64,000 bases of DNA from Candidatus Latescibacterota bacterium. GTDB taxonomy: Bacteria; Latescibacterota; UBA2968; GCA-2709665. This document shows positions 47,934 to 59,719 of the stretch, one piece after another (positions within the stretch are counted from its first letter, which is position 1; every line of letters starts with the position of its first letter). A program made the position numbers and the translations under genes. Location of the stretch: contig CAXXJS010000020.1 of assembly GCA_963662665.2 (NCBI GenBank), positions 166,510-230,509 of the forward strand. The letters run 5' to 3'. The notes below the pieces were generated by a model that had not been told where the DNA came from, ran no database searches, and was given only the letters and a program-made list of their open reading frames with translations.

Positions 47934-49847
47934 TCAGGGTCCGCTTGCGTTGTTGGGGTCGAACGATTGCAGTTTGCGCCGAATGGTCTCGTTTTGCGGG
48001 TTCAGATCAACCGCCCGTTGCCAGTGTTCGAGCGCTTCATCGATGTTGCCCAGCGCCTGGGCGGCATCGCCGACGTGATCCAGAATAATCGACAGATTTT
48101 CGCGCTGACCGGCCGTCTGCAACTCCGTCTCGACCTTGTTCAGCCGGCTTTCTTCGGCTTTCAGAGCAAGCTTCAGATACTTCATTGCTTCGTCGTATCG
48201 CTGTTGCTGGAAAAAAACCCACCCCATGCTATCCAGATACGCGCCGTTCTGCGGGTCTCCCCGCAGGGCCCGTTCAATGTAGTTTTCCGCTTCCCTGAGG
48301 CGAACGCCTTTTTCCGCGAACATGTAACCCAGGTAGTTCAAGGCCTGATGGTTGTTCGGCGACCTGGAAAGAAGGCGTTGGAATACGGCCACCGCGCTAT
48401 CGAACCGCCCAGCGCGCTCGTAAGAGTGGCCCAGATCGTAAAGTACGTCCTCCAGTAGTTCCGTGTTGTTTTCAAGGCGATCTTTCAGCCTCTCCAGGGT
48501 GGGAATCGCCGCTTCCCAGTTCTTCTCGGCCAGATAGGTACGGCCAACCCACAGTTGATAGCGAAGCTCATCCGGCCGGGCGTTTACAGCCAGGCTGTAG
48601 ACCGTTCTTGCCCGTTCCGGACGGTTGCTGGCGGCGTGGGCCCGCCCAAGCGCAAACACGATCAGGGGATAGAGTTCGGATTCCGCCGGCGTTTCGCTGA
48701 AGAGTCCGTCCAGAATCTCGATGGCGGAGTCCCAATCCCGTTGGTTCAGAAATGAATGCGCAACGCCCAGCCGGTACCTTGGATTGGGCTCAAGGGATAT
48801 CGCGTGCCGGAAGAGGCGTCGGGCTTCTTCGGGGCGGTCCCTGGAAAGAAACAGCGACGCTTTTCGGCCAAGCAGGTCGTGTCGTTCCGGCAATTCCCGG
48901 ATGAGGCGGTCCAGAAGGGTTTCCGTATGTCGATATCGGAGCGTGTCCAGGCTGCTCTCGGTGCGCGACCGTGGAATGCTCCGGGGGAGGTGATTGGACA
49001 ACCGGTCCAGAAAGAGGGTATCAAGGGGCGTTTCGGAGATCAGGGCTTCCACGTGCTCATCGCGGTCGTAGATTGCAATGAGCTTCTGCCACAGCACCTG
49101 CGTGTTCTTGTTCAATCGGTGTTGAAAATGCGTCAGACCGGAACGATAGACAGCTGCGGCTTCCAGGGTGTCGCCCGTGGCAATGGTCAGGTCGCCGAGA
49201 CGATTCCAGATCTGCGCCTGTTCAGGATCGCGATGCAGGATGCGGCGGTAGATACCGGCAGCCTTCCGCGGCAGGTCCAACCGCTGGTAACCGTCGGCAA
49301 TCAAGAGATCGTAACGAATGTTCGGAGCCGGTACCGCCGCGGCGCGATCCAGCACACGGAGGACGTTCTGGCGCTGCTGTTTGGCGGTGTAGATCTGGAG
49401 TAAATGGGCATATGCCCGGAAATCTGCGGGATTCAGGCGTGTGACGGCTTCAAGCTGTGCCGTCGCCAGCAGCGTATCCGCCCGCCCTTTGACCAGGGTG
49501 TGGTAGAGCAGCCATCGATGGGCCGGTTCCCTGGGCGCCAGTCGCACGGCTCTACGAGCGACTTGACCGGCTTCGGCGATCCGGTTCAACGAGATCAGAT
49601 TGTGGGCAAGCGAACTGTGCAGCGTGGCCGCGGTGGAATCGATCGCAATCGCCGCTCTCAGCGACGTTACGGCGGCTTCGATTTGCCCGGTAAGTTCGTA
49701 CCGTTTGGCGTCTATATAGTGACCCATCGCACAGGGGTCGGGGCCGCGAGGTTTCGGCGGGGGAGGGGCGACCGCCGCCTGGCGGGAAGCAGCGCACCCC
49801 GCAAGGTCCATCAGGAGGAAGAGACAAATGATTGGACGTGTTTTCAT
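47934..49847 (-). CDS. Tetratricopeptide repeat lipoprotein
   Basis: Lipobox LAGC; many TPRs including ALNYLGYMFAE...NGAYLDSMGW...ILDHVGD. Confidence 0.88.
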   Translation of the reverse strand: MKTRPIICLFLLMDLAGCAASRQAAVAPPPPKPRGPDPCAMGHYIDAKRYELTGQIEAAVTSLRAAIAIDSTAATLHSSLAHNLISLNRIAEAGQVARRAVRLAPREPAHRWLLYHTLVKGRADTLLATAQLEAVTRLNPADFRAYAHLLQIYTAKQQRQNVLRVLDRAAAVPAPNIRYDLLIADGYQRLDLPRKAAGIYRRILHRDPEQAQIWNRLGDLTIATGDTLEAAAVYRSGLTHFQHRLNKNTQVLWQKLIAIYDRDEHVEALISETPLDTLFLDRLSNHLPRSIPRSRTESSLDTLRYRHTETLLDRLIRELPERHDLLGRKASLFLSRDRPEEARRLFRHAISLEPNPRYRLGVAHSFLNQRDWDSAIEILDGLFSETPAESELYPLIVFALGRAHAASNRPERARTVYSLAVNARPDELRYQLWVGRTYLAEKNWEAAIPTLERLKDRLENNTELLEDVLYDLGHSYERAGRFDSAVAVFQRLLSRSPNNHQALNYLGYMFAEKGVRLREAENYIERALRGDPQNGAYLDSMGWVFFQQQRYDEAMKYLKLALKAEESRLNKVETELQTAGQRENLSIILDHVGDAAQALGNIDEALEHWQRAVDLNPQNETIRRKLQSFDPNNASGP

Positions 49848-49933
49848 ATTCTACGTTGTAAACCGCGAGGAACAGGGGACGGACAGGAAAAACAACCGTA
49901 TGTGAAGAGATTCTGAAGCTTTTACGATCCGTA

Positions 49934-51346
49934 TCAGAAAAAGTTGCCCCCTCGTTTCTCAAGGAGCAGCTTGCCCGCTTCGTTCTCGACGGGGATCGGG
50001 TAGTCTTGCGTGAAACATGCCGTGCAGTACTGGAGAGACGAGTTGGGGGCCACGCCGAGCATGCCGTCCAGGGAGAGATAACCCAGACTGTCGACGCCGA
50101 GGTGTTCGCGGATTTGTTCCACGGTTTTCGCGCTGGCGATCAGTTCCTTCTCGGTTTGAAAGTCAATTCCGTAAAAACAGGGACCGATGATTGGCGGACA
50201 GCTTACACGTACATGAACCTGGCGGGCGCCCGCTTCCCGCAACATTCGAACCAGATGTTTCAGCGTTGTGCCGCGGACAATTGAATCTTCCACGACAACC
50301 ACCCGCTTTCCGTTCAGAACACCCCGTACGGGGTTGAATTTGAGGCGGACCTTGGACGATCGACTGTCCTGTCCGGGTGTAATGAAGGTTCGCCCCACGT
50401 AGTGGTTTCGTATGAGGCCGATCTCGTGTTTGATACCGGATTGATTGGCATATCCCAGCGCCGCGGTATTGCTGGAGTCGGGCACGGATATGACGATGTC
50501 GGCGGCGGCAGGCTGTTCAATGGCGAGTTGTCTGCCGAGCCGACGCCGGGTTTTGTCTACATTGTCGCCAAAGATGATGCTGTCGGGCCGTGAGAAGTAT
50601 ATGTATTCGAAGATGCAGAACGCGTGGCGATCGGCTTCCGAGGCAGTGAAGGCGCGGAGACCGTTCGCATCTATCATAATGAGTTCACCGGGTTCGATGT
50701 CGCGAATATAACGTGCCGAGATGATGTCCAGCGCACAGGATTCGGAGGCGACGACCCAGGCATCGCCGAGCTGCCCCAGGCACAACGGACGGAATCCGAA
50801 AGGATCGCGGGCGGCGAACAACTGGTTTTCCGTGGCCAGGACGAGCGAATACGCGCCCTCGATCTGCTGTAAAGCGTCCATAATGCGCTCGGCCATCTTT
50901 TCTTCTCTGGACCTGGCTACAAGATGGAGAATGAGTTCGCTGTCGGTTGTCGTCTGAAAGATGGCGCCGTCGTCCTGCATCCGGCTTCGCAGCAGTGCTG
51001 TATTGGTAAGGTTGCCGTTGTGGGCGACGGCGACAAAGGCGTCACGGCATTCCGCCAGAAAGGGCTGGGCGTTGATGAGGATGTCCGATCCGGTGGTGGA
51101 ATACCGGTTGTGTCCGATGGCAAGGTGACCCGGTAACCGGTCCAATACGCCCACGTCGGAGAATACATCGGCCACCTGCCCCATTGCGGTGTGACGAAAC
51201 AGGTATTCACCGTTGCCGGAAGCGATGCCGCTGCTCTCCTCACCCCGGTGCTGCAGGGCATGCAGGCCCAGCGTGGTGAGCTTCGCCGCATCGCTATTTC
51301 CATAGATGCCGAAGATGCCGCAAAAGTGTTTGACACTCTGTTCCAT
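49934..51346 (-). CDS. purF: Amidophosphoribosyltransferase
   Basis: Propeptide plus CGIFG, LQHRG, GHNRYST, CIFEYIYFSRPDS, VVEDSIVRGTT and YCTAC. Confidence 0.98.
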   Translation of the reverse strand: MEQSVKHFCGIFGIYGNSDAAKLTTLGLHALQHRGEESSGIASGNGEYLFRHTAMGQVADVFSDVGVLDRLPGHLAIGHNRYSTTGSDILINAQPFLAECRDAFVAVAHNGNLTNTALLRSRMQDDGAIFQTTTDSELILHLVARSREEKMAERIMDALQQIEGAYSLVLATENQLFAARDPFGFRPLCLGQLGDAWVVASESCALDIISARYIRDIEPGELIMIDANGLRAFTASEADRHAFCIFEYIYFSRPDSIIFGDNVDKTRRRLGRQLAIEQPAAADIVISVPDSSNTAALGYANQSGIKHEIGLIRNHYVGRTFITPGQDSRSSKVRLKFNPVRGVLNGKRVVVVEDSIVRGTTLKHLVRMLREAGARQVHVRVSCPPIIGPCFYGIDFQTEKELIASAKTVEQIREHLGVDSLGYLSLDGMLGVAPNSSLQYCTACFTQDYPIPVENEAGKLLLEKRGGNFF

Positions 51347-51571
51347 CGGCCCTCCTGTCGGGGACGTGCAGGTTGATTGCGCCTGGTTAAATCATCAGGA
51401 AGCTGACCCAATTTCGTGGCGTGTTTCCGGACGTGTGCGAAATCGTTCGGTGGTGAGGCGCGAGGGTCGCCGCGTTGACGTTCGAAACACGGACAGATGA
51501 CGATACCGGGCGCCTGTCTCACGCCGGGCAGACCGGCAATGCCTTTTTGAATCTCCGCAAACGGCGGACTG

Positions 51572-53737
51572 TTAGCGCCGGCGTCGCCGGCGTCTTCCGG
51601 CTTTCCCTCTTTGGCGGCGGTTTCGTTCAGGTGTGGAACCACCTTCTTTAAGCATAAAGTCCAACCGTCGGAATCTCCGGTCCGCCCGTACCAGCTGAAC
51701 CACCACCGCTTCTCCCAACCGGAACCGCCGGCCGGTACGTTCTCCGGTCAGGGTGCTTTCGGTTTCGCGGTACACGTAGTAATCGTCTTCCAGTGTACTG
51801 ACCCTCACGAGTCCGTCGATTAAAAAATCGTCCAACTGCGCGAAGAAACCAATGGAACGGACCCCAACGATTACGGCGTTGAAGGTCTCGCCTACGCGAT
51901 TTTCCAGAAAGCGGACCTGTTTGACCTTGATGGACGCCCGTTCCGCCTCCTGAGCCGCTGTTTCCCTCCCGGTTGCGACGTCGCCGAGTGCGGGTAGTCG
52001 TTCTCTGAGCCCGTTCCATTCCTTTTCGGTCGATCCGCCGGTTTCTCTTATGAGGCGATGGACCAACAGGTCCGGGTACCGTCTGATGGGGGAGGTGAAG
52101 TGGGTGTAGTTGTCACAGGCAAGTCCGAAATGGCCGGTGTTTTCTGGAGAGTAGACGGCCTTTTTCATGGACTGCAACAACCAGGCGTTCAGTACCTGGC
52201 CGGAACGCTTCCCTTCAACAGCGGCCAGAAACTTTTGGATGTCGGCTGAAGTGATCCTGTCACGGCGCGGGAACGGGAATCCGAAGGAGGCGGCCGTGGT
52301 TGCAAAGTCAGCAAGTTTCCGGGCGTCCGGTCTTTCGTGAACCCGGTACAGGCCAGGAAGTTTCCGGTCGCGCAGACGACAGGCGACGGTTTCGTTGGCA
52401 AGGAGCATAAACTCTTCGACAATGCGATGACTGTCGAGGCGTTCGCTCCTGCGAATGTCCGTGACGTTGCCCTCGTTATCCAGGACGATACGTGGTTCGG
52501 AAATATTGAAATCGATCGCGCCCCGCTGCCGGCGCCGGCGGGTGATATGCCTGCGCAGGGTGTCCATCTTTCGCAGGAGGGCGCCCAGGAGCGGCGCCTC
52601 GGACGATCCGCCTCCGTTGAGAAACTTCTGGGCGCGCCGGTAGGACAGCTTCGCCCTGCTTCGGACAACGGAGGGCGCGATCTCCGCCTTCAATGACCGG
52701 CCGTTCGCATCCAGATCGATAAGTACACTGACGGCAAGCCGGTCGCTTTCGGGCAGGAGTGAGCACAAATTTGCGGACAGGCGCTCCGGAAGCATGGGAA
52801 TCGCGCGGTCCGCGAGGTAGACGCTTGTCCCTCGCGCCAGTGCCTCGTGGTCCAGCGGGCTGCCTTCTTTGACGTAGTAGCCAACGTCGGCAACGTGTAC
52901 TCCCAGCCGGTATCCGCCCCCCGGTCGATCTTCCAGTGAGACGGCGTCGTCGTGGTCGCGGGCGTCTTCCGGGTCGATGGTAACGCACAGGAGATGGCGA
53001 AGGTCCAGCCGGCTAGCGGTTTCTGTTGCGGGGAACCGGTCTGGAATTGCCTCTGCCGCTTCCAGTACGTGCGGGGGAAACTCGATGGGCAGGCCGTACT
53101 CTTTCACGATGGAAAGTGTATCGATGCCGGGGTCGTCGGGGTGTCCCAGGACTTCGACGACCTCGCCTTCGGGATCGGGATTTCCCGGGAGCCGGGATCG
53201 GAGGCGGGCAACAACCACCTGGCCGCTCCGGGCTCGTCCGGCATCTTCGGGGGAGATATAGACATCCCTGATAAACCGGGGATCGTCAGGTTCCACGAAG
53301 CCAAAGCGGGTACCGGCGCGATAGATTCCCACGATGCTTCCTGCGCCGCGTTCCAGCACACGGACAATCTCGCCTTCCGGCCTGCCGCCGCCCCTGCGGG
53401 AAACCCGGGCTACGACCCGGTCGCCGTGCAGCGCGCCACGCAGGCCTCCAGCCCGGACGAAGACGTCCGGGCCTGCTTCATCGCGGCAGACAAATCCGAA
53501 TCCGTCCGGGTTGACGCTCAGGCGACCTGAGGCAAGGTTGTTCCCGTCGGGCGGACCTAAACGGTTGTTGCGCAGCCGGACGATGGCGCCTTCCCGTTCG
53601 AGTTGGACGAGCAGGCGTCGAAATTGCCTATAGTTGTTTTCGGGTACCCGCAATGCCCGGCTCAGCTCACGAGGTTTGAGCGGGCGGTTCGCTTCGCTAC
53701 GGATGTAATCCAGAACCCGGTCGCGGGTTATTGGCAT
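51572..53737 (-). CDS. rnr: Ribonuclease R
   Basis: TIDPEDARDHDDA, HFGLA...YTHFTSPIRRYPDL, S1 domain and Arg-rich tail. Confidence 0.97.
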   Translation of the reverse strand: MPITRDRVLDYIRSEANRPLKPRELSRALRVPENNYRQFRRLLVQLEREGAIVRLRNNRLGPPDGNNLASGRLSVNPDGFGFVCRDEAGPDVFVRAGGLRGALHGDRVVARVSRRGGGRPEGEIVRVLERGAGSIVGIYRAGTRFGFVEPDDPRFIRDVYISPEDAGRARSGQVVVARLRSRLPGNPDPEGEVVEVLGHPDDPGIDTLSIVKEYGLPIEFPPHVLEAAEAIPDRFPATETASRLDLRHLLCVTIDPEDARDHDDAVSLEDRPGGGYRLGVHVADVGYYVKEGSPLDHEALARGTSVYLADRAIPMLPERLSANLCSLLPESDRLAVSVLIDLDANGRSLKAEIAPSVVRSRAKLSYRRAQKFLNGGGSSEAPLLGALLRKMDTLRRHITRRRRQRGAIDFNISEPRIVLDNEGNVTDIRRSERLDSHRIVEEFMLLANETVACRLRDRKLPGLYRVHERPDARKLADFATTAASFGFPFPRRDRITSADIQKFLAAVEGKRSGQVLNAWLLQSMKKAVYSPENTGHFGLACDNYTHFTSPIRRYPDLLVHRLIRETGGSTEKEWNGLRERLPALGDVATGRETAAQEAERASIKVKQVRFLENRVGETFNAVIVGVRSIGFFAQLDDFLIDGLVRVSTLEDDYYVYRETESTLTGERTGRRFRLGEAVVVQLVRADRRFRRLDFMLKEGGSTPERNRRQRGKAGRRRRRRR

Positions 53738-54014
53738 GGCAATATTCCATCCCGGGCGCGGGAAATTCTGAAACCATCATCCTGCTGGGGTTGACGCCAC
53801 CGCTATTTTCTTGATGCAGGGAGGCGAATTCCTTATTTTCGGGCGACCGTCCGAGTTCGTATTGAATATATAAGTTGCCAGGGAGAAAATCAAAAATAAA
53901 TGGGCGGGAAATACGGAAATTCTCACCTCAAGACAAGATGGTCCTGGAGCAGATCAACCTGACTCATCGTGTTTCGCGCCGTTTACCAGGAAAATTTCAC
54001 CAAAGGAGACTGTT

Positions 54015-54476
54015 ATGAGACGTCTGGTTCCGGTTGTTCTCCTCCCGCTTTTTCTGTTGACCTTGCCCGGGTCGGCGCTATCACACTGTGAAATCCCCTG
54101 CGGGATTTACGGCGACGAAGCCCGATTCGCGACCATTGCGGAGAATCTGAGTACCATAGAGAAATCGATGAATCAGATTGTTCAGCTTTCGGCCAATCCG
54201 GGCAAGAACACGAACCAGTTGGTGCGATGGGTGAATAACAAAGAATCCCATGCGGATCACATTCGCGAAATTGTGGCGCAGTACTTTCTCGCGCAGCGCA
54301 TCAAAGCGCCCTCAGGCGACGATCCGTCCGCGCACAAGGCCTACGCCCGGAAACTCGCATTGCTTCATCAGATAATCGTTTCGGCGATGAAATGCAAACA
54401 GACGACCGACGTTGCCCACGTGGTGAAATCGCGTGAACTATTGCAGGCGTTCCAGGCGCTGTACAACCGGAAATGA
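54015..54476 (+). CDS. sodN: Nickel superoxide dismutase with a Sec signal peptide
   Basis: Ni-hook HCEIPCGIY directly after a hydrophobic leader ending SALS; NQLVRWVNNKESHA and KCKQT. Confidence 0.93.
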   Translation: MRRLVPVVLLPLFLLTLPGSALSHCEIPCGIYGDEARFATIAENLSTIEKSMNQIVQLSANPGKNTNQLVRWVNNKESHADHIREIVAQYFLAQRIKAPSGDDPSAHKAYARKLALLHQIIVSAMKCKQTTDVAHVVKSRELLQAFQALYNRK

Positions 54477-54518
54477 AGCGCCGCGGGCTCCTTTTGCCGT
54501 GGAACCACAATGAAGATC

Positions 54519-54555
54519 ACGCCGGGTCATCCGAGGAAGGCCCGGTGTTTTTTTT
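54519..54555 (+). terminator. Intrinsic terminator after sodN
   Basis: ACGCCGGGTC ... GGCCCGGTGT followed by a T run. Confidence 0.75.
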
Positions 54556-54573
54556 GTGTTCGCCAGATTTTTC

Positions 54574-54602
54574 TTGCCAACAATTCGCCGGTTTGATATA
54601 TT
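54574..54602 (+). promoter_or_regulatory. Sigma70-type promoter of groESL
   Basis: TTGCCA-17 bp-TATATT with an extended -10 TG, just upstream of CIRCE. Confidence 0.7.
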
Positions 54603-54611
54603 GATTGCATG

Positions 54612-54638
54612 TTAGCACTCAACAACTCAGAGTGCTAA
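54612..54638 (+). promoter_or_regulatory. CIRCE operator (HrcA binding site)
   Basis: Perfect TTAGCACTC-N9-GAGTGCTAA upstream of groES. Confidence 0.97.
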
Positions 54639-54711
54639 CAACGATTTTAAGCATTTAAAATCAACAGTTTTAACGCCGATCCCGTCTCATTTTTTCAAGG
54701 AGGTAAGAGAC

Positions 54712-55008
54712 ATGGCAGTCAAGGTGAAGCCGCTGGGAGATCGTGTGCTGGTCAGGCCCCGTGAAGAAGAGGAACAGGTAAAGGGTGGTATCATCATTCC
54801 TGACACGGCGAAAGAGAAGCCTCAGCGCGGTGAAGTCGTGGCCGTCGGAGACGGCAAACTGGACGATTCCGGGAGCAGAATCGCCCCGTCAGTATCGTCC
54901 GGCGACGTGGTGCTCTACGGCAAGTATTCAGGAACCGAGGTACGGCTGGACGACGAAGACCATCTCATTATGTCGGAAAGCGATATCCTGGCAATAATTG
55001 AAGACTGA
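54712..55008 (+). CDS. groES: Co-chaperonin GroES
   Basis: [24 protein letters not shown] and YGKYSGTEV. Confidence 0.99.
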   Translation: MAVKVKPLGDRVLVRPREEEEQVKGGIIIPDTAKEKPQRGEVVAVGDGKLDDSGSRIAPSVSSGDVVLYGKYSGTEVRLDDEDHLIMSESDILAIIED

Positions 55009-56667
<1,659 letters not shown>

Positions 56668-56704
56668 AGAAGCGGGGTTTCCATTCTCCGCGTCGGTTAG
56701 CAAT

Positions 56705-56743
56705 AAAAAGAAACGCGCCCCGAAAAGGGCGCGTTTCTTTTTT
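56705..56743. terminator. Bidirectional intrinsic terminator
   Basis: AAAAAGAAACGCGCCC-loop-GGGCGCGTTTCTTTTTT between convergent groEL and the moeB-like gene. Confidence 0.9.
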
Positions 56744-56767
56744 GTTTCGATTCCTCGTGGCGGCGTG

Positions 56768-57946
56768 TCAATCGTCCGCGGCTTCATGCTGCGTCACGCC
56801 GTTGCAGAAGGCGACGTAGTCGATGAGTTCGGTAACCTCGGGGTTGTCGCCGCAGACCGGACAGGCGGTGTCCCGGCGAATCTTGAAGGTCCGGAAACTC
56901 ATGGCCAGCGCATCGTACATGAGCAATCTGCCAATAAGAGGGTCGCCCTGGCCAAGAATCAGCTTGACCACTTCGGTGGCCTGAATCAGGCCCACCGTGC
57001 CTGGAAGTACGCCCAGAACCCCCGCGTCGGCGCACGACGGCGCGAGTTCCGCGGGCGGTGGTTCGGGATAGAGACAGCGGTAGCACGGACCCTCCAGGTC
57101 GCAGGGGTAGATGGTCACCTGGCCCTCAAAACGGAAAATGCTTCCGTCTACGATGGGCTTGCGCGCAAAAACGCACGCGTCGTTCACCATGTAGCGCGTG
57201 GGGAAGTTGTCGCAGCCGTTCACCACGATATCATAGTCTGCGATAATGTCCATAACGTTTTCGGAATTGAGGAATTCGACGTACGGAACCACCTTGCAGC
57301 CGGGATTCAGATCTTGCAGGGTTTCCCGGGCGGAGATGGCTTTCGGCCTGCCCAGATCCGATGTGCCGTGCAGGATCTGGCGCTGGAGATTGGTGACGTC
57401 CACCACGTCCGCATCCACGATCCCCAGGGTGCCAACGCCCGCCGCGGCGAGATAGTAGGCCGCGGGACACCCGAGGCCGCCGGCGCCGACCATCAGTACT
57501 TTTGCGTCCAGCAGCTTACCCTGGCCCTTTTCTCCCACTTCGGGTACCAGGAGATGCCTGGAGTAGCGCTGGACTTCTGCCTTGCTGAGCGCCCTGTCCC
57601 GTTGAACCGGGTAACCCGCCTCCACCCAGGCGTCGTAACCGCCGTCCAGGTAGACGACGTTTTCATATCCCATATTCTGCAGGTCCCGCGCCGCCAGCGG
57701 GCCCTGGTTATCGTCGCCGTACACGAGGACGTCGGTTGAGCGGTCGTTCGCCAGGGTTTCGATGCGCAGTTCGAGGAAACCCCTGGAGAGGTTTTCGGCG
57801 CCCTCGATATAGCCCAGGGCGTATTCCTCCCGTTCCCGGACGTCCAGCAGCAGGACGCTGTCCAGCCGCTTCCGGGCGTCGTCGGGTGAAATGCCCCGGA
57901 CTTCGCTCCTGACGGTATCCATCAGGGTTTCAAATGCGGTTATCAT
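56768..57946 (-). CDS. moeB: MoeB/ThiF-family adenylyltransferase with an N-terminal rhodanese-like domain
   Basis: RYSRHLL, GAGGLG, NLQRQ, CYRC, SCADAGVLG and CPVC; N-terminal LLDVRE...LDGGYDAW. Confidence 0.9.
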   Translation of the reverse strand: MITAFETLMDTVRSEVRGISPDDARKRLDSVLLLDVREREEYALGYIEGAENLSRGFLELRIETLANDRSTDVLVYGDDNQGPLAARDLQNMGYENVVYLDGGYDAWVEAGYPVQRDRALSKAEVQRYSRHLLVPEVGEKGQGKLLDAKVLMVGAGGLGCPAAYYLAAAGVGTLGIVDADVVDVTNLQRQILHGTSDLGRPKAISARETLQDLNPGCKVVPYVEFLNSENVMDIIADYDIVVNGCDNFPTRYMVNDACVFARKPIVDGSIFRFEGQVTIYPCDLEGPCYRCLYPEPPPAELAPSCADAGVLGVLPGTVGLIQATEVVKLILGQGDPLIGRLLMYDALAMSFRTFKIRRDTACPVCGDNPEVTELIDYVAFCNGVTQHEAADD

Positions 57947-58111
57947 AACGTTCCCCCCAATACAAAGTGATTGGAATCACGTACCGGTAATGTATCCAAT
58001 TCAGATCCGGAACGCAAAATTTAATGACGAGAGCTTGAGATTCCGTCCAAATCCTTCAGGTTTCTTGCAATTTGCAGGTTGATCAATCCGGTCAATATGG
58101 AAATGGCGGAG

Positions 58112-59719
58112 CTACTTTGACTCATTCCAGATCTGTAGTATGTAGGTCAGGTATGAATCTGACCGAAGCTGAATCGCGTGCAATTGATGGTCGGAAAACT
58201 CTGGATCGAGTTTGTGAATACGGTTGAATAAACCGAAGAACTCAACAAATGTACATGTATCGGAGTAGACAAATTTGGAAAGCGCTCCGTGGTTTAGTTC
58301 ACGACAGACGTATAAGACACGGGCCTTTCTTGTTGGTTTACCCTCACGCAACAATTGCTCGTCATTCTCAGGTACCCAACCCTTAACCATTCCATCTGGC
58401 GCAATTGTCCTTAATAAATGACTCCAAAGTTCCCTCAGCGAGGTCAGGAAATGCCGCACTTTATCGGGGTTTGTTCCACGCAAAACACTTCTGGGACCAG
58501 CGTAAAGTTGAGCCAATTTCGGGTCTACTTCGCTCAGGAGCTCGATACAAGGCGACGTCTCATCTTCAATTTCGCTGACTGTTTCAACCACTGACTGATG
58601 TTCTGAAAGGGCTGGTTCTGCTTCTTTGTCGTCCGAGATATAGAACGAATCCAAGACAAATCCGGTCACGAACATTTCACGTGTCGCACCTGGGATTGCG
58701 AACCTCGGCAGATGCAGTATACGTGCGGTGTCCTGAACCGACGTTACCACGCTTGAGTAATTTTCCGCCATATTGGAGATCAGATCTCGAAGTCTCTCAA
58801 CATGAGATTCACGTGACGCAATGGATTGGAAAAGGGCGTCGAAATTAACGCTAGCGAACATTTGTTCCGAAAGAGTCAGCCTGTTTGTTATTTCTTCCAA
58901 TGTTCTTTTTGCTGCCATTTGCAGTAGAGACGCCTGTTCTTGGTGTCGATGAAGTTCCTGAAGCCACGTACGGTGGAAATGACCGATGTTCGCAACAAAA
59001 TCATTTATGGGTCGTGAGCGCGCGAGGATGTCCTGCAAATGCTGATTGGCCGTCATAATCTCCGAGATCCCGCTAAACGGAAGTAGTGCCGAATTGACGG
59101 CACGCGAAAAATCTTCGATTTGCCTAAGGGCGGTTATATTGGGATCTGTGAGTAATCGAGCGATCGACTCAATTTGATTGAGGTGTCCGTCAGACAATGG
59201 CGTGACCCGCCGGAGTTCAGCCCGCCGCCGTCTTTGGTTATTCGCCATGTATGTCTTCACTGACCGAAGAAGAAAATCGCTGTCACGCTCGTCCTTGCCC
59301 TTTGAATCCATCGTCTTTCGTCGCTTAACGCGAGAAATCCTCTTGCCTTCTTCGTCAGTCAATTTGGCTCGGCTTGTGTTCTCAAGACTTTCAAATATCC
59401 GGCCGTTGTGGTTGACGATTTCACAAGCAAGTAACTCTACTTCCTTGTCAGTCAAGCGTTGGACGTCGGATTCGGACAACGGAGTACCAGCGTTTGCCTC
59501 ATCACCAACCTCAGTTTCACCGTCAATTCGTCGAGCGACCTGGCATACCAACCGACGCACAAATTCAGGCCCGTCAAGTTCTCGGATCCCTTTCCCCTTC
59601 CACAGTTTCCGTATTTCTAAAGTGATAACTTCGCAACTAATCGTCCCTAGCGATTCAGTTTTCAGTTCAAAAATGCACTCGTCAAGGATCCTTTGGACTA
59701 CATCCAAATTATCCGGCAT
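58112..59719 (-). CDS. Low-GC hypothetical protein with a C-terminal domain resembling the predicted pPIWI-associating nuclease
   Basis: C-terminus NPDKVRHFLTSLRELWSHLLRTIAPD...GKPTRKARVLYVCR...IH, recognised from memory of that family. Likely ATG at 59719 with AAGGA RBS (the frame is open to 59959). Confidence 0.6.
   Translation of the reverse strand: MPDNLDVVQRILDECIFELKTESLGTISCEVITLEIRKLWKGKGIRELDGPEFVRRLVCQVARRIDGETEVGDEANAGTPLSESDVQRLTDKEVELLACEIVNHNGRIFESLENTSRAKLTDEEGKRISRVKRRKTMDSKGKDERDSDFLLRSVKTYMANNQRRRRAELRRVTPLSDGHLNQIESIARLLTDPNITALRQIEDFSRAVNSALLPFSGISEIMTANQHLQDILARSRPINDFVANIGHFHRTWLQELHRHQEQASLLQMAAKRTLEEITNRLTLSEQMFASVNFDALFQSIASRESHVERLRDLISNMAENYSSVVTSVQDTARILHLPRFAIPGATREMFVTGFVLDSFYISDDKEAEPALSEHQSVVETVSEIEDETSPCIELLSEVDPKLAQLYAGPRSVLRGTNPDKVRHFLTSLRELWSHLLRTIAPDGMVKGWVPENDEQLLREGKPTRKARVLYVCRELNHGALSKFVYSDTCTFVEFFGLFNRIHKLDPEFSDHQLHAIQLRSDSYLTYILQIWNESK

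Noticed and set aside
53740-54014. Nickel-responsive riboswitch or operator upstream of sodN
   Set aside because: AT-rich divergent promoter region with no convincing NiCo riboswitch consensus or operator palindrome.
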